Origin: Eledone cirrhosa
Lineage: Eukaryota
Direction: 5' to 3'
Assembly: GCA_964016885.1 (NCBI GenBank)
Contig: OZ024740.1
Span: 10,912,001 to 10,976,000, forward strand
DNA: 64,000 bases
Made by a program: the position numbers and the translations under genes. The notes beneath the pieces were generated by a model. It did no database searches. It worked only from the letters and a program-made list of their open reading frames with translations, and had not been told where the DNA came from. Position 1 is the stretch's first letter. Every line of letters begins with the position of its first letter. Below, piece by piece: positions 15,301 to 28,194 of the stretch.

Positions 15301-17760
15301 TGATACAGTTATGGGAGTGTTTGATACAGTTATGGGAGTGTTTGATACAGTTATGGTAGTGTTTGATACAGTTATGGTAGTGTTTGATACAGTTATGGGA
15401 GTGTTTGATATAGTTATGGGAGTGTTTGATACAGTTATGGGAGTGTTTGATATAGTTATGGGAGTGTTTGATACAGTTATGGTAGTGTTTCATACAGTTA
15501 TGTGAGGGTTTGATACAGTTATGGTAGCGTTTGATATAGTTATGGGAGTGTTTGATACAGTTATGGTAGTGTTTGATACAGTTATGGGAGTGTTTGATAC
15601 AGTTATGGGAGTGTTTGATACAGTTATGGGAGTGTTTGATAAAATTATGGTAGTGTTTGATACAGTTATGGTAGTGTTTGATAGAGTTATGGTAGTGTTT
15701 GATACAGTTATGGGATTGTTTGATACAGTTATGGGAGTGTTTGATACAGTTATGGGAGTGTTTGATACAATTATGGCAGTGTTTGATACAGTTATGGGAG
15801 TGTTTGATACAATTATGGTAGTGTTTGATACAGTTATGGGAGTGTTTGATACAGTTATGGGAGTGTTTGATACAGTTATGGGAGTGTTTGATACTGTTAT
15901 AGGAGTGTTTGATACAATTATGGGAGTGTTTGATATAGTTATGGCAGTGTTTCATACAGTTATGGGAGTGTTTGATACAATTATGGGAGTGTTTGATACA
16001 GTTATGGGAGTGTTTGATACAGTTATGGGAGTGTTTGATACAGGTATAGGAGTGTTTGCTCCAGTTATGGGAGTGTTTGATACAATTATGGGAGTGTTTG
16101 ATACAGTTATGGTAGTGTTTGATACAGTTATGGGAGTGTTTGATACAGTTATGGGAGTGTTTGATACAATTATGGGAGTGTTTGATACAGTTATGGTAGT
16201 GTTTGATACAATTATGGGAGTGTTTGATACAGTTATGGTAGTGTTTGATACAGTTATGGGAGTGTTTGATACAGTTATGGGAGTGTTTGATACAATTATG
16301 GGAGTGTTTGATACAGTTATGGTAGTGTTTGATACAGTTATGGTAGTGTTTGATACAGTTATGGTAGTGTTTGATACAATTATGGTAGTGTTTGATAGAG
16401 TTATGGTAGTGTTTGATACAGTTATGGTAGTGTTTGATACAGTTACGATACTGTTTGATACAGTTATGGGAGTGTTTGATACAGTTATGGGAGTGTTTGA
16501 TACAGTTATGTGAGTGTTTGATACAGTTATAGAAGGGTTTGATACAGTTATGTTAGTGTTTGATACAATTATGGAAGTGTTTGATACAGTTCTGGTAGTG
16601 TTTGATAAAGTTATGGTAGTGTTTGATACAGTTATGGGAGTGTTTGATACAGTTATGGGAGTGTTTGATACAATTATGGGAGTGTTTGATACAATTATTG
16701 GAGTGTTTGATACAGTTATGGTAGTGTTTGATACAGTTATGGGAGTGTTTGATACAGTTATGGGATTGTTTGATACAATTATGGTAGTGTTTGATACAGT
16801 TATGGGAGTGTTTGTTACAGTTATGGGAGTGTTTGATACAATTATGGTAGTGTTTGATACAGTTATGGTAGTGTTTGATACAGTTATGGGAGTGTTTGGT
16901 ACAGTTATGGGAGTGTTTGATACAGTTATAGGAGTGTTTGATACAGTTATGGGAGTGTTTCATACAGTTATGGGAGTGTTTGGTAGAGTTATGGGAGTGT
17001 TTGATACAGTTATGGGAGTGTTTGATACAGTTATGGTAGTGTTTGATACATTTATGGGAGTGTTTGATACATTGATATGAGTGTTTGATATAGTTATGGC
17101 AGTGTTTGATACAGTTATGGGAGTGTTTGATACAGTTATGGGAGTGTTTGATACAGTTATGGGAGTGTTAGATACAGTTATGGTAGTGTTTGATACAGTT
17201 ATGGTAGTGTTTGATACAGTTATGGGAGTGTTTGATACAGTTATGGTAGTGGTTGATACAGTTATGGTAGTGTTTGATATAGTTATGGGAGTATTTGATA
17301 CAATTATGGTAGTGTTTGATATAGTTATGGGAGTGTTTGATACAGTTATGGGAATGTTTGATACAGTTATGGGAGTGTTTGATACAGTTATGGGAGTGTT
17401 TGATACAGTTATGGTAGTGTTTGATACAGTTATGGGAGTGTTTGATACAGTTATGGGAGTGTTTGATACAGTTATGATACTGTTTGATACAGTTATGGGA
17501 GTGTATGATACAGTTATGGTAGTGTTTGATACAGTTATGGTAGTGTTTGATACAGTTATGGGAGTGTTTGATACAGTTATGGGAGTGTTTGATACAGTTA
17601 TGGGAGCGTTTGATACAGTTATAGGAGTGTTTGATACAATTATAGGAGTGTTTGATACAGTTATGGGAGTGTGTGATACAGGTATGGGAGTGTTTCATAC
17701 AGTTATGGGAGTGTTTGGTAGATTTATGGGAGTGTTTGATACAGTTATGGGAGTGTTTGA
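400..17760 (+). repeat. Higher-order repeat domain A: three tandem copies of a ~5.5-5.9 kb unit (about 260-280 monomers)
   Basis: Rare marker monomers and ORF boundaries recur at offsets that are exact multiples of 21: 2669->8549 (5880 = 280x21), 5237->10991 (5754 = 274x21), 8549->14114 (5565 = 265x21), 10991->16514 (5523 = 263x21). About 660-5030 matches 6540-10910 line for line. Confidence 0.95.
700..1650 (+). repeat. 483-bp (23-monomer) tandem duplication nested in HOR A, also present at ~6580-7530
   Basis: Markers ATTGTGGTA-GTTTGTTAC (841 vs 1324) and ATCGGA (C at 991 vs 1474) are 483 bp apart. Confidence 0.9.
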
Positions 17761-20700
17761 TACAGTTATGGTAGTGTTTGATACAGTTATGGTAGTGTTT
17801 GATACAGTTATGGGAGTGTTTGATATAGTTATGGGAGTGTTTGATACAGTTATGGGAGTGTTTGATACAGTTATGGGAGTGTTTGATACAGTTATGGGAG
17901 TGTTTGATACAATTATGGTAGTGTTTGATACAGTCATGGGAGCGTTTGATACAGTTATGGGAGTGTTTGATACAGTTATGGGAGTGTTTGATACAGTTAT
18001 GGTAGTGTTTGATACAATTCTGGTAGTGTTTGATACAGTTATGGTAGTGTTTGATATAGTTATGGGAGGGTTTGATACAGTTATGGGAATGTTTGATACA
18101 GTTATGGGTGTGTTTGATACAATTGTGGTAGTGTTTGATACATTATAGGTGTGTTTGGTACAGTTATGGGAGTGTTTGATACAGTTATGGGAGTGTTTGA
18201 TACAGTTATGGGAGTGTTTGATACAATTATGGGAGTGTTTGATACAGTTATGGGAGTGTTTGATACAGGTATAGGAGTGTTTGATACAGTTATGGGAGTG
18301 TTTGATACAATTATGGGAGTGTTTGATACAGTTATGGGAGTGTTTGATACAGTTATGGGAGTGTTTGATACAATTATGGGAGTGTTTGATACAATTATGG
18401 GAGTGTTTGATACAGTTATGGTAGTGTTTGATACAGTTATGGTAGTGTTTGATACAGTTATGGTAGTGTTTGATACAGTTATGGGAGTGTCAATACAGTT
18501 ATGGGTGTGTTTGATACAATTATGGGAGTGTTTGATACAGTTATGGTAGTGTTTGATAGAGTTATGGTAGTGTTTGATACAGTTATGGTAGTGTTTGATA
18601 GTTACGATACTGTTTGATACAGTAATGGGAGTGTTTGATACAGTTATGGGAGTGTTTGATACAGTTATGTGAGTGTTTGATACAGTTATAGAAGGGTTTG
18701 ATACAGTTATGGTAGTATTTGATACAATTATGGAAGTGTTTGATACAGTTCTGGTAGTGTTTGATAAAGTTATGGTAGTGTTTGATACAGTTATGGTAGT
18801 GTTTGATACAGTTATGGGAGTGTCAATACAGTTATGGGTGTGTTTGATACAATTATGGGAGTGTTTGATACAGTTATGGTAGTGTTTGATTGAGTTATGG
18901 TAGTGTTTGATACAGTTATGGTAGTGTTTGATACAGTTACGATACTGTTTGATACAGTTATGGGAGTGTTTGATACAGTTATGGGAGTGTTTGATACAGT
19001 TATGTGAGTGTTTGATACAGTTATAGAAGGGTTTGATACAGTTATGGTAGTGTTTGATACAATTATGGTAGTGTTTGATACAGTTATGGGAGTGTTTGAT
19101 ACAGTTATGGGAGTGTTTGATACAGTTATGGGAGTGTTTGATACAGTTATGGGAGCGTTTGATACAGTTATAGGAGTGTTTGATACAATTATAGGAGTGT
19201 TTGATACAGTTATGGGAGTGTGTGATACAGTTATGGGAGTGTTTGATACAATTATGGTAGTGTTTGATATAGTTATGGGAGTGTTTTATACAGTTATGGG
19301 AATGTTTGATACAGTTATGGGAGTGTTTGATACAGTTATGGTAGTGTTTGATACAGTTATGGGAGTGTTTGATACAGTTATGGGAGTGTTTGATACAGTT
19401 ATGATACTGTTTGATACAGTTATGGGAGTGTATGATACAGTTATGGTAGTGTTTGATACAGTTATGGTAGTGTTTGATACAGTTATGGGAGTGTTTGATA
19501 CAGTTATGGGAGTGTTTGATACAGTTATGGGAGCGTTTGATACAGTTATAGGAGTGTTTGATACAATTATAGGAGTGTTTGATACAGTTATGGGAGTGTG
19601 TGATACAGTTATGGGAGTGTTTGATACAATTATGGTAGTGTTTGATACAGTTATGGTAGTGTTTGATACAGTTATGGTAGTGTTTGATACAGTTATGGGA
19701 GTGTCAATACAGTTATGGGTGTGTTTGATACAATTATGGGAGTGTTTGATACAGTTATGGGAGTGTTTGATACAGTTATGGGAGTGTTTGATACAGTTAT
19801 GGGAGTGTTTGATACAATTATGGTAGTGTTTGATACAGTCATGGGAGTGTTTGATACAATTATGGGAGTGTTTGATACAATTATGGTAGTGTTTGATACA
19901 GTTATGGGAGTGTTTGATATAGTTATGGGAGTGTTTGATACAGTTATGGGAGTGTTTGATACAGTTATGGGAGTGTTTGATACAGTTATGGGAGTGTTTG
20001 ATACAATTATGGTAGTGTTTGATACAGTCATGGGAGTGTTTGATACAATTATGGGAGTGTTTGATACAATTATGGGAGTGTTTGATACAGTTATGGTAGT
20101 GTTTGATACAGTTATGGTAGTGTTTGATACAGTTATGGTAGTGTTTGATACAGTTATGGGAGTGTCAATACAGTTATGGGTGTGTTTGATACAATTATGG
20201 GAGTGTTTGATACAGTTATGGTAGTGTTTGATACAGTTATGGTAGTGTTTGATACAGTTATGGGAGTGTCAATACAGTTATGGGTGTGTTTGATACAATT
20301 ATGGGAGTGTTTGATACAGTTATGGTAGTGTTTGATAGAGTTATGGTAGTGTTTGATACAGTTATGGTAGTGTTTGATACAGTTACGATACTGTTTGATA
20401 CAGTTATGGGAGTGTTTGATACAGTTATGGGAGTGTTTGATACAGTTATGTGAGTGTTTGATACAGTTATAGAAGGGTTTGATACAGTTATGGTAGTGTT
20501 TGATACAGTTATGGGAGTGTTTGTTACAGTTATGGGAGTGTTTGATACAGTTCTGGTAGTGTTTGATACAGTTATGGTAGTGTTTGATACAGTTATGGGA
20601 GTGTTTGATACAGTTATGGGATTGTTTGATACAATTATGGTAGTGTTTGATACAGTTATGGGAGTGTTTGTTACAGTTATGGGAGTGTTTGATAGAGTTA

Positions 20701-23700
20701 TAGGAGTGTTTGATAGAGTTATGGGAGTGTTTGATAGAGTTATGGGAGTGTTTGATACAGTTATGGTAGTGTTTGATACAGTTATGGTAGTGTTTGATAC
20801 AGTTATGGTAGTGTTTGATACAGTTATGGGAGTGTTTGATACAGTTATGGGAGTGTTTGATAGAGTTATAGGAGTGTTTGATACAGTTATGGGAGTGTTT
20901 GATACAATTATGGTAGTGTTTGATACAGTTATGGGAGTGTTTGATACAGTTATGGTAGTGTTTGATACAGTTATGGGAGTGTTTGATACAGTTATGGGAG
21001 TGTTTGATACAGTTATGGGAGTGTTTGATACAGTTATCGGAGTGTTTGATACAGTTATGGTAGTGTTTGATACAGTTATGGTAGTGTTTGATATAGTTAT
21101 GGTAGTGTTTGATACAGTTATGGAAGTGTTTGATACAGTTATGGTAGTGTTTGATACAGTTATGGTAGTGTTTGATACAGTTATGGTAGTGTTTGATACA
21201 GTTATGGTAGTGTTTGATACAGTTATGGTAGTGTTTGATACAGTTATGGGAGTGTTTGATACAGTTATGTTAGTGTTTGATACAGTTATGGTAGTGTTTG
21301 ATACAGTTATGGTAGTGTTTGATACAGTTATGGTAGTGTTTGATACAGTTATGGGAGTGTTTGATACAGTTATGGTAGTGTTTGATACAGTTATGGGAGT
21401 GTTTGATACAGTTATGGTAGTGTTTGATACGGTTATGGTAGTGTTTGATACAGTTATGGTAGTGTTTGATACAGTTATGGTAGTGTTTGATACAGTTATG
21501 GTAGTGTTTGATACAGTTATGGTAGTGTTTGATACAGTTATGGTAGTGTTTGATACAGTTATGGTAGTGTTTGATACAGTTATGGGAGTGTTTGATACAG
21601 TTATGGTAGTGTTTGATAGAGTTATAGGAGTGTTTGATACAGTTATGGGAGTGTTTGATACAATTATGGTAGTGTTTGATACAGTTATGGGAGTGTTTGT
21701 TACAGTTATGGGAGTGTTTGATACAATTATGGTAGTGTTTGATACAGTTATGGTAGTGTTTGATACAGTTATGGGAGTGTTTGGTACAGTTATGGGAGTG
21801 TTTGATACAGTTATAGGAGTGTTTGATACAGTTATGGGAGTGTATCATACAGTTATGGGAGTGTTTGGTAGAGTTATGGGAGTGTTTGATACAGTTATGG
21901 GAGTGTTTGATACAGTTATGGTAGTGTTTGATACATTTATGGGAGTGTTTGATACATTGATATGAGTGTTTGATATAGTTATGGCAGTGTTTGATACAGT
22001 TATGGGAGTGTTTGATACAGTTATGGGAGTGTTTGATACAGTTATGGGAGTGTTAGATACAGTTATGGTAGTGTTTGATACAGTTATGGTAGTGTTTGAT
22101 ACAGTTATGGGAGTGTTTGATACAGTTATGGTAGTGGTTGATACAGTTATGGTAGTGTTTGATATAGTTATGGGAGTATTTGATACAATTATGGTAGTGT
22201 TTGATATAGTTATGGGAGTGTTTGATACAGTTATGGGAATGTTTGATACAGTTATGGGAGTGTTTGATACAGTTATGGGAGTGTTTGATACAGTTATGGT
22301 AGTGTTTGATACAGTTATGGGAGTGTTTGATACAGTTATGGGAGTGTTTGATACAGTTATGATACTGTTTGATACAGTTATGGGAGTGTATGATACAGTT
22401 ATGGTAGTGTTTGATACAGTTATGGTAGTGTTTGATACAGTTATGGGAGTGTTTGATACAGTTATGGGAGTGTTTGATACAGTTATGGGAGCGTTTGATA
22501 CAGTTATAGGAGTGTTTGATACAATTATAGGAGTGTTTGATACAGTTATGGGAGTGTGTGATACAGGTATGGGAGTGTTTCATACAGTTATGGGAGTGTT
22601 TGGTAGATTTATGGGAGTGTTTGATACAGTTATGGGAGTGTTTGATACAGTTATGGTAGTGTTTGATACAGTTATGGTAGTGTTTGATACAGTTATGGGA
22701 GTGTTTGATATAGTTATGGGAGTGTTTGATACAGTTATGGGAGTGTTTGATACAGTTATGGGAGTGTTTGATACAGTTATGGGAGTGTTTGATACAATTA
22801 TGGTAGTGTTTGATACAGTCATGGGAGCGTTTGATACAGTTATGGGAGTGTTTGATACAGTTATGGGAGTGTTTGATACAGTTATGGTAGTGTTTGATAC
22901 AATTCTGGTAGTGTTTGATACAGTTATGGTAGTGTTTGATATAGTTATGGGAGTGTTTGATACAGTTATGGGAATGTTTGATACAGTTATGGGTGTGTTT
23001 GATACAATTGTGGTAGTGTTTGATACATTATAGGTGTGTTTGGTACAGTTATGGGAGTGTTTGATACAGTTATGGGAGTGTTTGATACAGTTATGGGAGT
23101 GTTTGATACAATTATGGGAGTGTTTGATACAGTTATGGGAGTGTTTGATACAGGTATAGGAGTGTTTGATACAGTTATGGGAGTGTTTGATACAATTATG
23201 GGAGTGTTTGATACAGTTATGGGAGTGTTTGATACAGTTATGGGAGTGTTTGATACAATTATGGGAGTGTTTGATACAATTATGGGAGTGTTTGATACAG
23301 TTATGGTAGTGTTTGATACAGTTATGGTAGTGTTTGATACAGTTATGGTAGTGTTTGATACAGTTATGGGAGTGTCAATACAGTTATGGGTGTGTTTGAT
23401 ACAATTATGGGAGTGTTTGATACAGTTATGGTAGTGTTTGATAGAGTTATGGTAGTGTTTGATACAGTTATGGTAGTGTTTGATAGTTACGATACTGTTT
23501 GATACAGTAATGGGAGTGTTTGATACAGTTATGGGAGTGTTTGATACAGTTATGTGAGTGTTTGATACAGTTATAGAAGGGTTTGATACAGTTATGGTAG
23601 TATTTGATACAATTATGGAAGTGTTTGATACAGTTCTGGTAGTGTTTGATAAAGTTATGGTAGTGTTTGATACAGTTATGGTAGTGTTTGATACAGTTAT

Positions 23701-26500
23701 GGGAGTGTCAATACAGTTATGGGTGTGTTTGATACAATTATGGGAGTGTTTGATACAGTTATGGTAGTGTTTGATTGAGTTATGGTAGTGTTTGATACAG
23801 TTATGGTAGTGTTTGATACAGTTACGATACTGTTTGATACAGTTATGGGAGTGTTTGATACAGTTATGGGAGTGTTTGATACAGTTATGTGAGTGTTTGA
23901 TACAGTTATAGAAGGGTTTGATACAGTTATGGTAGTGTTTGATACAATTATGGTAGTGTTTGATACAGTTATGGGAGTGTTTGATACAGTTATGGGAGTG
24001 TTTGATACAGTTATGGGAGTGTTTGATACAGTTATGGGAGCGTTTGATACAGTTATAGGAGTGTTTGATACAATTATAGGAGTGTTTGATACAGTTATGG
24101 GAGTGTGTGATACAGTTATGGGAGTGTTTGATACAATTATGGTAGTGTTTGATATAGTTATGGGAGTGTTTTATACAGTTATGGGAATGTTTGATACAGT
24201 TATGGGAGTGTTTGATACAGTTATGGTAGTGTTTGATACAGTTATGGGAGTGTTTGATACAGTTATGGGAGTGTTTGATACAGTTATGATACTGTTTGAT
24301 ACAGTTATGGGAGTGTATGATACAGTTATGGTAGTGTTTGATACAGTTATGGTAGTGTTTGATACAGTTATGGGAGTGTTTGATACAGTTATGGGAGTGT
24401 TTGATACAGTTATGGGAGCGTTTGATACAGTTATAGGAGTGTTTGATACAATTATAGGAGTGTTTGATACAGTTATGGGAGTGTGTGATACAGTTATGGG
24501 AGTGTTTGATACAATTATGGTAGTGTTTGATACAGTTATGGTAGTGTTTGATACAGTTATGGTAGTGTTTGATACAGTTATGGGAGTGTCAATACAGTTA
24601 TGGGTGTGTTTGATACAATTATGGGAGTGTTTGATACAGTTATGGGAGTGTTTGATACAGTTATGGGAGTGTTTGATACAGTTATGGGAGTGTTTGATAC
24701 AATTATGGTAGTGTTTGATACAGTCATGGGAGTGTTTGATACAATTATGGGAGTGTTTGATACAATTATGGTAGTGTTTGATACAGTTATGGGAGTGTTT
24801 GATATAGTTATGGGAGTGTTTGATACAGTTATGGGAGTGTTTGATACAGTTATGGGAGTGTTTGATACAGTTATGGGAGTGTTTGATACAATTATGGTAG
24901 TGTTTGATACAGTCATGGGAGTGTTTGATACAATTATGGGAGTGTTTGATACAATTATGGGAGTGTTTGATACAGTTATGGTAGTGTTTGATACAGTTAT
25001 GGTAGTGTTTGATACAGTTATGGTAGTGTTTGATACAGTTATGGGAGTGTCAATACAGTTATGGGTGTGTTTGATACAATTATGGGAGTGTTTGATACAG
25101 TTATGGTAGTGTTTGATACAGTTATGGTAGTGTTTGATACAGTTATGGGAGTGTCAATACAGTTATGGGTGTGTTTGATACAATTATGGGAGTGTTTGAT
25201 ACAGTTATGGTAGTGTTTGATAGAGTTATGGTAGTGTTTGATACAGTTATGGTAGTGTTTGATACAGTTACGATACTGTTTGATACAGTTATGGGAGTGT
25301 TTGATACAGTTATGGGAGTGTTTGATACAGTTATGTGAGTGTTTGATACAGTTATAGAAGGGTTTGATACAGTTATGGTAGTGTTTGATACAGTTATGGG
25401 AGTGTTTGTTACAGTTATGGGAGTGTTTGATACAGTTCTGGTAGTGTTTGATACAGTTATGGTAGTGTTTGATACAGTTATGGGAGTGTTTGATACAGTT
25501 ATGGGATTGTTTGATACAATTATGGTAGTGTTTGATACAGTTATGGGAGTGTTTGTTACAGTTATGGGAGTGTTTGATAGAGTTATAGGAGTGTTTGATA
25601 GAGTTATGGGAGTGTTTGATAGAGTTATGGGAGTGTTTGATACAGTTATGGTAGTGTTTGATACAGTTATGGTAGTGTTTGATACAGTTATGGTAGTGTT
25701 TGATACAGTTATGGGAGTGTTTGATACAGTTATGGGAGTGTTTGATAGAGTTATAGGAGTGTTTGATACAGTTATGGGAGTGTTTGATACAATTATGGTA
25801 GTGTTTGATACAGTTATGGGAGTGTTTGATACAGTTATGGTAGTGTTTGATACAGTTATGGGAGTGTTTGATACAGTTATGGGAGTGTTTGATACAGTTA
25901 TGGGAGTGTTTGATACAGTTATCGGAGTGTTTGATACAGTTATGGTAGTGTTTGATACAGTTATGGTAGTGTTTGATATAGTTATGGTAGTGTTTGATAC
26001 AGTTATGGAAGTGTTTGATACAGTTATGGTAGTGTTTGATACAGTTATGGTAGTGTTTGATACAGTTATGGTAGTGTTTGATACAGTTATGGTAGTGTTT
26101 GATACAGTTATGGTAGTGTTTGATACAGTTATGGGAGTGTTTGATACAGTTATGTTAGTGTTTGATACAGTTATGGTAGTGTTTGATACAGTTATGGTAG
26201 TGTTTGATACAGTTATGGTAGTGTTTGATACAGTTATGGGAGTGTTTGATACAGTTATGGTAGTGTTTGATACAGTTATGGGAGTGTTTGATACAGTTAT
26301 GGTAGTGTTTGATACGGTTATGGTAGTGTTTGATACAGTTATGGTAGTGTTTGATACAGTTATGGTAGTGTTTGATACAGTTATGGTAGTGTTTGATACA
26401 GTTATGGTAGTGTTTGATACAGTTATGGTAGTGTTTGATACAGTTATGGTAGTGTTTGATACAGTTATGGGAGTGTTTGATACAGTTATGGTAGTGTTTG
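16770..26500 (+). repeat. Tandem duplication with 4,885-bp period (233 monomers minus 8 bp)
   Basis: ORF starts 17081/21966, 18151/23036, 18673/23558, 19008/23893, 19715/24600 and 20454/25339 all differ by 4885. The 8-bp deficit is accounted for by one CATTATAGGT 20-mer, five GTGTCAATAC 20-mers and one GATAGTTACG 19-mer per unit. Confidence 0.95.
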
Positions 26501-28194
26501 ATACAGTTATGGAAGTGTTTGATACAGTTATGGTAGTGTTTGATACAGTTATGGTAGTGTTTGATACAGTTATGGTAGTGTTTGATACAGTTATGGTAGT
26601 GTTTGATACAGTTATGGGAGTGTTTGATACAGTTATGGTAGTGTTTGATACAGTTATGGTAGTGTTTGATACAGTTATGGTAGTGTTTGATACAGTTATG
26701 GTAGTGTTTGATACAGTTATGGGAGTGTTTGATACAGTTATGGTAGTGTTTGATACAGTTATGGGAGTGTTTGATACAGTTATGGTAGTGTTTGATAGAG
26801 TTATGGGAGTGTTTGATACAGTTATGGGAGTGTTTGATACAGTTATTGTAGTGTTTGATACAGTTATGGTAGTGTTTGATACAGTTATGGTAGTGTTTGA
26901 TACAGTTATGGTAGAGTTTGATACAGTTATGGGAGTGTTTGATATAGTTATGGTAGTGTTTGATACAGTTATGGAAGTGTTTGATACAGTTATGGTAGTG
27001 TTTGATACAGTTATGGGAGTGTTTGATACAGTTATGGTAGTGTTTGATACAGTTATGGGAGTGTTTGATAGAGTTATATGAGTATTTGATATAGTTATGG
27101 TAGTGTTTGATACAGTTATGGAAGTGTTTGATACAGTTATGGTAGTGTTTGATACAGTTATGGTAGTGTTTGATACAGTTATGGTAGTGTTTGATATAGT
27201 TATGGTAGTGTTTGATACAGTTATGGGAGTGTTTGATACAGTTATGGGAGTGTTTGATACAGTTATGGGAGTGTTTGATACAATTATGGTAGTGTTTGAT
27301 ATAGTTATGGTAGTGTTTGATACAGTTATGGGAGTGTTTGATACAATTATGGTAGTGTTTGATACAATTATGGTAGTGTTTGATATAGTTATGGTAGTGT
27401 TTGATACAGTTATGGGAGTGTTTGATACAGTTATGGGAGTGTTTGATACAGTTATGGGAGTGTTTGATACAGTTATGGGAGTGTTTGATACAGTTATGGG
27501 AGTGTTTGATAGAGTTATAGGAGTATTTGATATAGTTATGGTAGTGTTTGATACAGTTATGGGAGTGTTTGATACAGTTATGGGAGTGTTTGATACAGTT
27601 ATGGTAGTGTTTGATACAGTTATGGTAGTGTTTGATACAGTTATGGGAGTGTTTGATAGAGTTATGGGCGTGTTTGATACAGTTATGGGAGTGTTTGATA
27701 CAATTGTGGTAGTGTTTGATATAGTTATGGGAGTGTTTGATACAGTTATGGGAGTGTTTGATACGATTATGGGAGTGTTTGATAGAGTTATAGGAGTGTT
27801 TGATATAGTTATGGTAGTGTTTGATACAGTTATGGAAGTGTTTGATACAGTTATGGTAGTGTTTGATATAGTTATGGGAGTGTTTGATACAGTTATGGGA
27901 GTGTTTGATACAGTTATGGGAGTGTTTGATACAGTTATGGTAGTGTTTTATATAGTTATGGGAGTGTTTGATACAGTTATGGGAGTGTTTGATACAGTTA
28001 TGGTAGTGTTTGATACAGTTATGGTAGTGTTTGATATAGTTATGGGAGTGTTTGATACAGTTATGGTAGTGTTTGATACAGTTATGGTAGTGTTTGATAC
28101 AGTTATGGGAGTGTTTGATATAGTTATGGGAGTGTTTGATACAGTTATGGTAGTGTTTGATACAGTTACGATACTGTTTGATACAGTTATGGTA

